Made by a program: the position numbers and the translations under genes
The notes under the pieces: model-generated
The model's database searches: none
What the model saw: only the letters and a program-made list of their open reading frames with translations
Told to the model about the DNA's origin: nothing
From: Eledone cirrhosa
Taxonomy: Eukaryota
Length of the DNA stretch: 64,000 nucleotides
Assembly: GCA_964016885.1 (NCBI GenBank)
Contig: OZ024740.1
Span: 28,272,001-28,336,000, forward strand
Reading direction: 5' to 3'
Shown: positions 14,301 to 28,200 of the stretch, in pieces
Layout: the number at the start of each line of letters is the position of its first letter
Position numbering within the stretch: the first letter of the stretch is position 1

Positions 14301-17300
14301 TTCCTGACTATATGTGATTTTCCTGAGTATATGTGAGTTCCCTGATTATATGTGATTTTCCTGAATATATGTTATTATCCTGAGTATTTGATTTTCCTGA
14401 CTATTTGTGATTTTCCTGAATATATGTGATTTTCCTGAGTATATGTGATCTTCCTGAGTATATGTGATTTTCCTGAGTATATGCGATTTTCCTGAGTATA
14501 TGTGATTTTCCTGACTATATGTGATTTTCCTGAGTATATGTGATTTTCCTGAGTATATGTGATTTTCCTGACTATATGTGATTTTCCTGAGTATATGTGA
14601 TCTTCCTGAGTATATGTGATTTTCCTGAGTATATGCGATTTTCCTGAGTATATGTGATTTTCCTGAGTATATGAAATTTCCCTGAGTATATGTGATTTTC
14701 CTGACTATATGTGATTTCCCTGAATATATGTGATTTTTTCAGAGTATATGTGATTTTTCTGTGTATATATAATTTTCCTGAGTATATGTGACTTTCCTGA
14801 GTATATGTGATTTCCCTGAGTATATGTGATTTTCCTCAGTATATGTGATTTTCCTGACAATATTTGATTTTCCTGAGTATATGTGATTTTCCTGAGTATA
14901 TGTGATTTTCCTGAGTATATGTGATTTTCTTGAGTATATGTGATTTTCCTGAGTATATGTGATTTCCCTGAGTATATGTGATTTTCCTGACTATTTGTGA
15001 TTTTCCTGACTATGTGATTTTCTTGACTATATGTGATTTTCCTGAGTATATGTGATTTTCCTGACTATATGTGATTTTCCTGAGTATATAAAATTTCCCT
15101 GAGTATATGTGATTTTCCTGAGTATATGTGATTTTCCTGACTATATGTGATTTTCCTGAGTATATGTGATTTCCCTGACTATATGTGATTTTCCTGAGTA
15201 TATGTAATTTCCCTGAGTATATGTGATTTTCCTGAGTATATGTGATTTCCCTGACTATATGTGATTTTCATGATTATATGTGATCTTCCTGAGTATATGT
15301 GATTTTCCTGAGTATATGTGATTTTCTTGAGTATATGTGATTTTCCTGAGTATATGTGATTTCCCTGAGTATATGTGATTTTCCTGACTATTTGTGATTT
15401 TCCTGACTATGTGATTTTCTTGACTATATGTGATTTTCCTGAGTATATAATATTTCCCTGAGTATATGTGATTTTCCTGAGTATATGTGATTTTCCTGAC
15501 TATATGTGATTTTCCTGAGTATATGTGATTTCCCTGACTATATGTGATTTTCCTGAGTATATGTAATTTCCCTGAGTATATGTGATTTTCCTGAGTATAT
15601 GTGATCTCCTGACTATATGTGATTTTCCTGAGTATATGTGATTTCCCTGACTATATGTGATTTCCCTGAGTATATGTGATTTTCCTGAGTATATGTGATT
15701 TCCCTGAGTATATGTGATTTTCCTGAGTATATGTTATTATCCTGAGTAATTGATTTTCCTGACTATTTGTGATTTTCCTGACTATATGTGATTTTCCTGA
15801 GTATATGTGATCTTCCTGAGTATATGTGATTTTCCTGAGTATATGCGATTTTCCTGAGTATATGTGATTTTCCTGACTATATGTGATTTTCCTGAGTATA
15901 TGTGATTTTCCTGAGTATATGTGATTTTGCTGACTATATGTGATTTTCCTGAGTATATGTGATTTCCCTGAGTATATGTGATTTCCTGACTATATGTGAT
16001 TTTCCTGAGTATATGTGATTTTCCTGACTATTTGTGATTTTCCTGAGTATATGTGATTTTCCTGACTATATGTGATTTTCCTGACAATATTTGATTTTCC
16101 TGAGTATGTGTGATTTCCCTGAGTATATGTGATTTTCATGAGTATATGTGATATTCCTGAGTATATGTGATTTTTCTGATTATATGTGATTTTCCTGAGT
16201 ATATGTGATCTTCCTGAGTATATGTGATTTTCCTGAGTATATGCGATTTTCCTGAGTATATGTGATTTTCCTGAGTATATGAAATTTCCCTGAGTATATG
16301 TGATTTTCCTGACTATTTGTGATTTTCCTGACTATGTGATTTTCTTGACTATATGTGATTTTCCTGAGTATATGTGATTTTCCTGACTATATGTGATTTT
16401 CCTGAGTATATGTGATTTCCCTGGCTATATGAGATTTTCCTGAGTATATGTAATTTCCCTGAGTATATGTGATTTTCCTGAGTATATTTGATCTCCTGAC
16501 TATATGTGATTTTCCTGAGTATATGTGATTTTCCTGAGTATATGTGATCTTCCTGAGTATATGTGATTTTCCTGAGTATATGTGATTTCCCTGAGTATAT
16601 GTGATTTTCCTGACTATTTGTGATTTTCCTGACTATGTGATTTTCTTGACTATATGTGATTTTCTTGAGTATATGTGATTTTGCTGACTATATGTGATTT
16701 TCCTGAGTATATAAAATTTCCCTGAGTATATGTGATTTTCCTGAGTATATGTGATTTTCCTGACTATATGTGCTTTTCCTGAGTATATGTGATTTCCCTG
16801 ACTATATGTGATTTCCCGGAGTATATGTGATTTTCATGAGTATATGTGATTTTCCTGAGTATATGTGATCTTCCTGAGTATATGTGATTTTCCTGAGTAT
16901 ATGTGATTTTCCTGAGTATATGTGATCTTCCTGAGTATATGTGATTTTCCTGAGTATATGTGATTTCCCTGAGTATATGTGATTTTCCTGAGTATATGTG
17001 ATTTTCCTGACTTTATGTGATTTTCCTGAGTATATGTGATTTTCATGACTATATGTGATTTTCCTGAGTATATGTGATTTTCCTGACTATATGTGATTTT
17101 CCTGAGTATATGTGATTTTCCTGAGTATGTGTGATTTTGCTGACTATATGTGATTTTCCTGAGTATATGTGATTTCCCTGAGTATATGTGATTTTCCTGA
17201 GTATATGTGATTTTCCTGACTATATGTGATTTTCCTGAGTATATGTGATTTTCCTGACTATATGTGATTTTCCTGAGTATATGTGATTTTCCTGACTATA

Positions 17301-20300
17301 TGTGATTTTCCTGACAATATGTGATTTTCCTGAGTATGTGTGATTTCCCTGAGTATATGTGATTTTCATGAGTATATGTGATATTCCTGAGTATATGTGA
17401 TTTTTCTGACTATATGTGATTTTCCTGAGTATATGTGATCTTCCTGAGTATATGTGATTTTCCTGAGTATATGCGATTTTCCTGAGTATATGTGATTTTC
17501 CTGAGTATATGAAATTTCCCTGAGTATATGTGATTTTCCTGACTATTTGTGATTTTCCTGACTATGTGATTTTCTTGACTATATGTGATTTTCCTGAGTA
17601 TATGTGATTTTCCTGACAATATGTGATTTTCCTGAGTATATAAAATTTCCCTGAGTAAATGTGATTTTCCTGAGTATATGTGATTTTCCTGACTATATGT
17701 GATTTTCATGAGTATATGTGATTTCCCTGACTATATGAGATTTTCCTGAGTATATGTAATTTCCCTGAGTATATGTGATTTTCCTGAGTATATGTGATCT
17801 CCTGACTATATGTGATTTTCCTGAGTATGTGTGATTTTCCTGAGTATATGTGATCTTCCTGAGTATATGTGATTTTCCTGAGTATATGTGATTTCCCTGA
17901 GTATATGTGATTTTCCTGACTATTTGTGATTTTCCTGACTATGTGATTTTCTTGACTATATGTGATTTTCCTGAGTATATGTGATTTTGCTGACTATATG
18001 TGATTTTCCTGAGTATATAAAATTTCCCTGAGTATATGTGATTTTCCTGAGTATATGTGATTTTCCTGACTATATGTGCTTTTCCTGAGTATATGTGATT
18101 TCCCTGACTATATGTGATTTCCCGGAGTATATGTGATTTTCATGAGTATATGTGATTTTCCTGAGTATATGTGATCTTCCTGAGTATATGTGATTTTCCT
18201 GAGTATATGTGATTTTCCTGAGTATATGTGATCTTCCTGAGTATATGTGATTTTCCTGAGTATATGTGATTTCCCTGAGTATATGTGATTTTCCTGAGTA
18301 TATGTGATTTTCCTGACTTTATGTGATGTTGCTGAGTATATGTGATTTTCATGACTGTATGTGATTTTCCTGAGTATATGTGATTTTCCTGACTATATGT
18401 GATTTTCCTGACAATATGTGATTTTCCTGAGTATATGTGATCTTCCTGAGTATATGTGATTTTCCTGAGTATATGTGATTTCCCTGAGTATATGTGATTT
18501 TCCTCAGTATATGTGATTTTCCTGACATTATTTGATTTTCCTGAGTATATGTGATTTTCCTGAGTATATGTGATTTTCCTGAGTATATGTGATTTTCTTG
18601 AGTATATGTGATTTTCCTGAGTATATGTGATTTCCCTGAGTATATGTGATTTTCCTGACTATTTGTGATTTTCCTGACTATGTGATTTTCTTGACAATAT
18701 GTGATTTTCCTGAGTATATGTGATTTTCCTGACTATATGTGATGTTCCTGAGTATATGTGATCTTCCTGAGTATATGTGATTTTCCTGAGTATAGGTGAT
18801 TTTCCTGAGTATATGTGATTTTTCTGACTATATGTGATCTTCCTGAGTATATGTGATTTCCCTGAGTATATGTGATTTTCCTGAGTATATATGATTTTCC
18901 TGAGTATATGTGATTTTCCTGAGAATATGTGATTTCCCTGAATATATGTGATTTTTTCAGAGTATATGTGATTTTTCTGTGTATATATAATTTTCCTGAG
19001 TATATGTGACTTTCCTGAGTATATGTGATTTCCCTGAATATATGTGATTTTCCTCAGTATATGTGATTTTCCTGACAATATTTGATTTTCCTGAGTATAT
19101 GTGATTTTCCTGAGTATATGTGATTTTCCTGAGTATATGTGATTTTCTTGAGTATATGTGATTTTCCTGAGTATATGTGATTTTCCTGAGTATATGTGAT
19201 TTCCCTGACTATATGTGATTTTCTTGAGTATATGTAATTTCCCTGAGTATATGTGATTTTCCTGAGTATATGTGATTTTCCTGACTATTTGTGATTTTCC
19301 TGACTATGTGATTTTCTTGACTATATGTGATTTTCCTGAGTATATGTGATTTTCCTGACTATATGTGATTTTCCTGAGTATATAAAATTTCCCTAAGTAT
19401 ATGTGATTTTCATGAGTATATGTGATTTTCCTGACTATATGTGATTTTCCTGAGTATATGTGATTTCCCTGACTATATGTGATTTTCCTGAGTATATGTA
19501 ATTTCCCTGAGTATATGTGATTTTCCTGAGTATATGTGATTTCCCTGACTATATGTGATTTTCATGATTATATGTGATCTTCCTGAGTATATGTGATTTT
19601 CCTGAGTATATGTGATTTCCCTGAGTATATGTGATTTTCCTGAGTATATGTGATTTTCATGACTATATGTGATTTTCCTGAGTATATGTGATTTTCATGA
19701 CTATGTGATTTTCTTGACAATATGTGATTTTCCTGAGTATATGTGATTTTCCTGAGTATATGTGATTTTCCTGAGTATATGTGATTTTCTTGAGTATATG
19801 TGATTTTCCTGAGTATATGTGATTTCCCTGAGTATATGTGATTTTTCTGACTATGTGATTTTCTTGACTATATGTGATTTTCCTGAGTATATGTGATTTT
19901 GCTGACTATATGTGATTTTCCTGAGTATATAAAATTTCCCTGAGTATATGTGATTTTCCTGAGTATATGTGATTTTCCTGACTATATGTGCTTTTCCTGA
20001 GTATATGTGATTTCCCTGACTATATGTGATTTCCCGGAGTATATGTGATTTTCCTGAGTGTATGCGATTTTCCTGAGTGTATGTGATTTTCCTGACTATA
20101 TGTGATTTTCCTGAGTATATGTGATTTTCCTGAGTATATGTGATTTTCCTGACTTAATGTGATTTTCCTGAGTATATGTGATTTCCCTGAGTATATGTGA
20201 TTTTCCTGAGTATATGTGATTTTCCTGACTATATGTGATTTTCCTGAGTATATGTGATTTTCCTGAGTATATGTGATTTTCTTGAGTATATGTGATTTCC

Positions 20301-22245
20301 CTGAGTATATGTGATTTTCCTGAGTATTTGTGATTTTCCTGACTATGTGATTTTCTTGACTATATGTGATTTTCCTGAGTATATGTGATTTTCCTGACTA
20401 TATGTGATTTTCCTGAGTATATAAAATTTCCCTGAGTATATGTGATTTTCCTGAGTATATGTGATTTTCCTGACTATATGTGATTTTCCTGAGTATATGT
20501 GATTTCCCTGACTATATGTGATTTTCCTGAGTATATGTAATTTCCCTGAGTATATGTGATTTTCCTGAGTATATGTGATTTCCCTGACTATATGTGATTT
20601 TCATGATTATATGTGATCTTCCTGAGTATATGTGATTTTCCTGAGTATATGTGATTTCCCTGTATATATGTGATTTTCCTGAGTATATGTGATTTTCATG
20701 ACTATATGTGATTTTCCTGAGTATATGTGATTTTCATGACTATGTGATTTTCTTGACAATAATTATTTTCCTGAGTATATGTGATTTTCCTGAGTATATG
20801 TGATTTCCCTGAGTATATGTGATTTTCCTGACTATTTGTGATTTTCCTGACTATGTGATTTTCTTGACTATATGTGATTTTCCTGAGTATATGTGATTTT
20901 GCTGACTATATGTGATTTTCCTGAGTATATAAAATTTCCCTGAGTATATGTGATTTTCCTGAGTATATGTGATTTTCCTGACTATATGTGCTTTTCCTGA
21001 GTATATGTGATTTCCCTGACTATATGTGATTTCCCGGAGTATATGTGATTTTCATGAGTATATGTGATTTTCCTGAGTATATGTGATCTTCCTGAGTATA
21101 TGTGATTTTCCTGAGTATATGTGATTTTCCTGAGTATATGTGATCTTCCTGAGTATATGTGATTTTCCTGAGTATATGTGATTTCCCTGAGTATATGTGA
21201 TTTTCCTGAGTATATGTGATTTTCCTGACTATATGTGATTTTCCTGAGTATATGTGAGTTCCCTGATTATATGTGATTTTCCTGAATATATGTTATTATC
21301 CTGAGTATTTGATTTTCCTGACTATTTGTGATTTTCCTGAATATATGTGATTTTCCTGAGTATATGTGATCTTCCTGAGTATATGTGATTTTCCTGAGTA
21401 TATGCGATTTTCCTGAGTATATGTGATTTTCCTGACTATATGTGATTTTCCTGAGTATATGTGATTTTCCTGAGTATATGTGATTTTCCTGACTATATGT
21501 GATTTTCCTGAGTATATGTGATCTTCCTGAGTATATGTGATTTTCCTGAGTATATGCGATTTTCCTGAGTATATGTGATTTTCCTGAGTATATGAAATTT
21601 CCCTGAGTATATGTGATTTTCCTGACTATATGTGATTTCCCTGAATATATGTGATTTTTTCAGAGTATATGTGATTTTTCTGTAAATATATAATTTTCCT
21701 GAGTATATGTGACTTTCCTGAGTATATGTGATTTCCCTGAGTATATGTGATTTTCCTCAGTATATGTGATTTTCCTGACAATATTTGATTTTCCTGAGTA
21801 TATGTGATTTTCCTGAGTATATGTGATTTTCCTGAGTATATGTGATTTTCTTGAGTATATGTGATTTTCCTGAGTATATGTGATTTCCCTGAGTATATGT
21901 GATTTTCCTGACTATTTGTGATTTTCCTGACTATGTGATTTTCTTGACTATATGTGATTTTCCTGAGTATATGTGATTTTCCTGACTATATGTGATTTTC
22001 CTGAGTATATAAAATTTCCCTGAGTATATGTGATTTTCCTGAGTATATGTGATTTTCCTGACTATATGTGATTTTCCTGAGTATATGTGATTTCCCTGAC
22101 TATATGTGATTTTCCTGAGTATATGTAATTTCCCTGAGTATATGTGATTTTCCTGAGTATATGTGATTTCCCTGACTATATGTGATTTTCATGATTATAT
22201 GTGATCTTCCTGAGTATATGTGATTTTCCTGAGTATATGTGATTT
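8365..22245 (+). repeat. Near-perfect tandem duplication, 6921-bp unit x2 (about 8365-15324 / about 15286-22245)
   Basis: Four ORF pairs are identical at a constant offset of 6921 (9913/16834, 10489/17410, 11219/18140, 11738/18659). Rare variants recur at the same offset (agtatataatatttccc 8521/15442; aataattatt 13837/20758). Confidence 0.93.
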
Positions 22246-22249
22246 CCCT

Positions 22250-25200
22250 GAGTATATGTGATTTTCCTGAGTATATGTGATTTTCATGACTATATGTGAT
22301 TTTCCTGAGTATATGTGATTTTCATGACTATGTGATTTTCTTGACAATATGTGATTTTCCTGAGTATATGTGATTTTCCTGAGTATATGTGATTTTCCTG
22401 AGTATATGTGATTTTCTTGAGTATATGTGATTTTCCTGAGTATATGTGATTTCCCTGAGTATATGTGATTTTTCTGACTATGTGATTTTCTTGACTATAT
22501 GTGATTTTCCTGAGTATATGTGATTTTGCTGACTATATGTGATTTTCCTGAGTATATAAAATTTCCCTGACTATATGTGATTTCCCGGAGTATATGTGAT
22601 TTTCATGAGTATATGTGATTTTCCTGAGTATATGTGATTTTCCTGACTATATGTGCTTTTCCTGAGTATATGTGATTTCCCTGACTATATGTGATTTCCC
22701 GGAGTATATGTGATTTTCCTGAGTATATGCGATTTTCCTGAGTGTATGTGATTTTCCTGACTATATGTGATTTTCCTGAGTATATGTGATTTTCCTGACT
22801 ATATGTGATTTTCCTGAGTATATGTGATTTCCCTGAGTATATGTGATTTTCCTGAGTATATGTGATTTTCCTGACTATATGTGATTTTCCTGAGTATATG
22901 TGATTTTCCTGAGTATATGTGATTTTCCTGAGTATATGTGATTTTCCTGAGTATATGTGATTTTCTTGAGTATATGTGATTTTCCTGAGTATATGTGATT
23001 TCCCTGAGTATATGTGATTTTCCTGACTATTTGTGATTTTCCTGACTTTATGTGATTTTCCTGAGTATATGTGATTTTCATGACTATATGTGATTTTCCT
23101 GAGTATATGTGATTTTCCTGAGTATATGTGATTTTCCTGACTATATGTGATTTTCCTGAGTATATGTGATTTCCCTGAGTATATGTGATTTTCCTGAGTA
23201 TATGTGATTTTCCTGACTATATGTGATTTTCCTGAGTATATGTGATTTTCCTGAGTATATGTGATTTTCCTGAGTATATGTTATTTTTCTGAGTATATGT
23301 GATTTTCTTGAGTATATGTGATTTTCCTGAGTATATGTGATTTCCCTGAGTATATGTGATTTTCCTGAGTATATGTGATTTTCCTGTCTTTATGTGATTT
23401 TCCTGAGTATATGTGATTTTCCTGACTATATGTGATTTTCCTGACAATATGTGATTTTCCTGAGTATGTGTGATTTCCCTGAGTATACGTGATTTTCCTG
23501 AGTATATGTAATTTCTTTGAGTATATGTGATTTCCCTGACTATATGTGATGTTCCTGAGTATATGTGATCTTCCTGAGTATATGTGATTTTCCTGAGTAT
23601 AGGCGATTTTCCTGAGTATATGTGATTTTTCTGACTATATGTGATCTTCCTGAGTATATGTGATTTCCCTGAGTATATGTGATTTTCCTGAGTATATATG
23701 ATTTTCCTGAGTATATGTGATTTTCCTGAGTATATGTGATTTCCCTGAATATATGTGATTTTCCAGAGTATATGTGATTTTTCTGTGTATATATAATTTT
23801 CCTGAGTATATGTGACTTTCCTGAGTATATGTGATTTCCCTGAGTATATGTGATTTTCCTCAGTATATGTGATTTTCCTGACAATATTTGATTTTCCTGA
23901 GTATATGTGATTTTCCTGAGTATATGTGATGTTCCTGAGTATATGTGATTTTCTTGAGTATATGTGATTTCCCTGAGTATATGTGATTTTCCTGAGTATT
24001 TGTGATTTTCCTGACTATGTGATTTTCTTGACTATATGTGATTTTCCTGAGTATATGTGATTTTCCTGACTATATGTGATTTTCCTGAGTATATAAAATT
24101 TCCCTGAGTATATGTGATTTTCCTGAGTATATGTGATTTTCCTGACTATATGTGATTTTCCTGAGTATATGTGATTTCCCTGACTATATGTGATTTTCCT
24201 GAGTATATGTAATTTCCCTGAGTATATGTGATTTTCCTGAGTATATGTGATTTCTCTGACTATATGTGATTTTCATGATTATATGTGATCTTCCTGAGTA
24301 TATGTGATTTTCCTGAGTATATGTGATTTCCCTGAGTATATGTGATTTTCCTGAGTATATGTGATTTTCATGACTATATGTGATTTTCCTGAGTATATGT
24401 GATTTTCATGACTATGTGATTTTCTTGACAATATGTGATTTTCCTGAGTATATGTGATTTTCCTGAGTATATGTGATTTCCCTGAGTATATGTGATTTTC
24501 CTGACTATTTGTGATTTTCCTGACTATGTGATTTTCTTGACTATATGTGATTTTCCTGAGTATATGTGATTTTGCTGACTATATGTGATTTTCCTGAGTA
24601 TATAAAATTTCCCTGAGTATATGTGATTTTCCTGAGTATATGTGATTTTCCTGACTATATGTGCTTTTCCTGAGTATATGTGATTTCCCTGACTATATGT
24701 GATTTCCCGGAGTATATGTGATTTTCATGAGTATATGTGATCTTCCTGAGTATATGTGATTTTCCTGAGTATATGTGATTTTCCTGAGTATATGTGATCT
24801 TCCTGAGTATATGTGATTTTCCTGAGTATATGTGATTTCCCTGAGTATATGTGATTTTCCTGAGTATATGTGATTTTCCTGACTATATGTGATTTTCCTG
24901 ACAATATGTGATTTTCCTGAGTATGTGTGATTTCCCTGAGTATATGTGATTTTCATGGGTATATGTGATATTCCTGAGTATATGTGATTTTCCTGACTAT
25001 ATGTGATTTTCCTGAGTATATGTGATCTTCCTGAGTATATGCGATTTTCCTGAGTATATGTGATTTTCCTGAGAATATGTGATTTATTTGAGTATATGTG
25101 ATTTCCCTGACTATATGTGATTTTCCTGAGTATATGTGATTTCCCTGAGTATATGTGACATTCCTGAGTATATGTTATTTTCCTGAGTATTTGATTTTCC

Positions 25201-28200
25201 TGACTATATGTGATTTTCATGAGTATATGTGATGTTCCTGAGTATATGTGATTTTCCTGAGTATATGCGATTTTCCTGAGTATATGTAATTTTCCTGAGT
25301 ATATGTGATTTTCCTGAGTATATGTGATTTTCCTGAGTATATGCGATTTTCCTGAGTATATGTGATTTTCCTGAGTATATGTGATTTATTTAAGTATATG
25401 TGATTTCCCTGACTATATGTGATTTTCCTGAGTATATGTGATTTCCCTGATTATATGTGATTTTCCTGAGTATATGTTATTATCCTGAGTATTTGATTTT
25501 CCTGACTATTTGTGATTTTCCTGACTATATGTGATTTTCCTGAGTATATGTGATCTTCCTGAGTATATGTGATTTTCCTGAGTATATGCGATTTTCCTGA
25601 GTATATGTGATTTTCCTGACTATATGTGATTTTCCTGAGTATATGTGATTTTCCTGAGTATATGTGATTTTCCTGACTATATGTGATTTTCCTGAGTATA
25701 TGTGATCTTCCTGACTATGTGATTTTCTTGACTATATGTGATTTTCCTGAGTATATGTGATTTTCCTGAGTATATGTGATCTTCCTGACTATGTGATTTT
25801 CTTGACTATATGTGATTTTCCTGAGTATATGTGATTTTCCTGACTATTTGTGATTTTCCTGACTATGTGATTTTCTTGACTATATGTGATTTTCCTGAGT
25901 ATATGTGATTTCCCTGACTATATGTGATTTTCCTGAGTATGTGTAATTTCCCTGAGTATATGTGATTTTCCTGAGTATATGTGATTTCCCTGACTATATG
26001 TGATTTTCATGATTATATGTGATCTTCCTGAGTATATGTGATTTTCCTGAGTATATGTGATTTCCCTGAGTATATGTGATTTTCCTGAGTATATGTGATT
26101 TTCATGACTATATGTGATTTTCCTGAGTATATGTGATTTTCATGACTATGTGATTTTCTTGACAATATGTGATTTTCCTGAGTATATGTGATTTTCCTGA
26201 GTATATGTGATTTTCCTGAGTATATGTGATTTTCTTGAGTATATGTGATTTTCCTGAGTATATGTGATTTCCCTGAGTATATGTGATTTTTCTGACTATG
26301 TGATTTTCTTGACTATATGTGATTTTCCTGAGTATATGTGATTTTGCTGACTATATGTGATTTTCCTGAGTATATAAAATTTCCCTGAGTATATGTGATT
26401 TTCCTGAGTATATGTGATTTTCCTGACTATATGTGCTTTTCCTGAGTATATGTGATTTCCCTGACTATATGTGATTTCCCGGAGTATATGTGATTTTCAT
26501 GAGTATATGTGATTTTCCTGAGTATATGTGATTTTCCTGACTATATGTGCTTTTCCTGAGTATATGTGATTTCCCTGACTATATGTGATTTCCCGGAGTA
26601 TATGTGATTTTCCTGAGTATATGCGATTTTCCTGAGTGTATGTGATTTTCCTGACTATATGTGATTTTCCTCAGTATATGTGATTTTCCTGAGTATATGT
26701 GATTTTCCTGACTATATGTGATTTTCCTGAGTATATGTGATTTCCCTGAGTATATGTGATTTTCCTGAGTATATGTGATTTTCCTGACTATATGTGATTT
26801 TCCTGAGTATATGTGATTTTCCTGAGTATATGTGATTTTCTTGAGTATATGTGATTTCCCTGAGTATATGTGATTTTCCTGAGTATTTGTGATTTTCCTG
26901 ACTATGTGATTTTCTTGACTATATGTGATTTTCCTGAGTATATGTGATTTTCCTGACTATATGTGATTTTCCTGAGTATATAAAATTTCCCTGAGTATAT
27001 GTGATTTTCCTGAGTATATGTGATTTTCCTGACTATATGTGATTTTCCTGAGTATATGTGATTTCCCTGACTATATGTGATTTTCCTGAGTATATGTAAT
27101 TTCCCTGAGTATATGTGATTTTCCTGAGTATATGTGATTTCCCTGACTATATGTGATTTTCATGATTATATGTGATCTTCCTGAGTATATGTGATTTTCC
27201 TGAGTATATGTGATTTCCCTGAGTATATGTGATTTTCCTGAGTATATGTGATTTACATGACTATATGTGATTTTCCTGAGTATATGTGATTTTCATGACT
27301 ATGTGATTTTCTTGACAATAATTATTTTCCTGAGTATATGTGATTTTCCTGAGTATATGTGATTTCCCTGAGTATATGTGATTTTCCTGACTATTTGTGA
27401 TTTTCCTGACTATGTGATTTTCTTGACTATATGTGATTTTCCTGAGTATATGTGATTTTGCTGACTATATGTGATTTTCCTGAGTATATAAAATTTCCCT
27501 GGGTATATGTGATTTTCCTGAGTATATGTGATTTTCCTGACTATATGTGCTTTTCCTGAGTATATGTGATTTCCCTGACTATATGTGATTTCCCGGAGTA
27601 TATGTGATTTTCATGAGTATATGTGATTTTCCTGAGTATATGTGATCTTCCTGAGTATATGTGATTTTCCTGAGTATATGTGATTTTCCTGAGTATATGT
27701 GATCTTCCTGAGTATATGTGATTTTCCTGAGTATATGTGATTTCCCTGAGTATATGTGATTTTCCTGAGTATATGTGATTTTCCTGACTATATGTGATTT
27801 TCCTGACAATATGTGATTTTCCTGAGTATGTGTGATTTCCCTGAGTATATGTGATTTTCATTAGTATATGTGATATTCCTGAGTATATGTGATTTTCCTG
27901 ACTATATGTGATTTTCCTGTGTATATGTGATCTTCCTGAGTATATGCGATTTTCCTGAGTATATGTGATTTTCCTGAGAATATGTGATTTATTTGAGTAT
28001 ATGTGATTTCCCTGACTATATGTGATTTTCCTGAGTATATGTGATTTCCCTGATTATATGTGATTTTCCTGAGTATATGTTATTATCCTGAGTATTTGAT
28101 TTTCCTGACTATTTGTGATTTTCCTGACTATATGTGATTTTCCTGAGTATATGTGATCTTCCTGAGTATATGTGATTTTCCTGAGTATATGCGATTTTCC

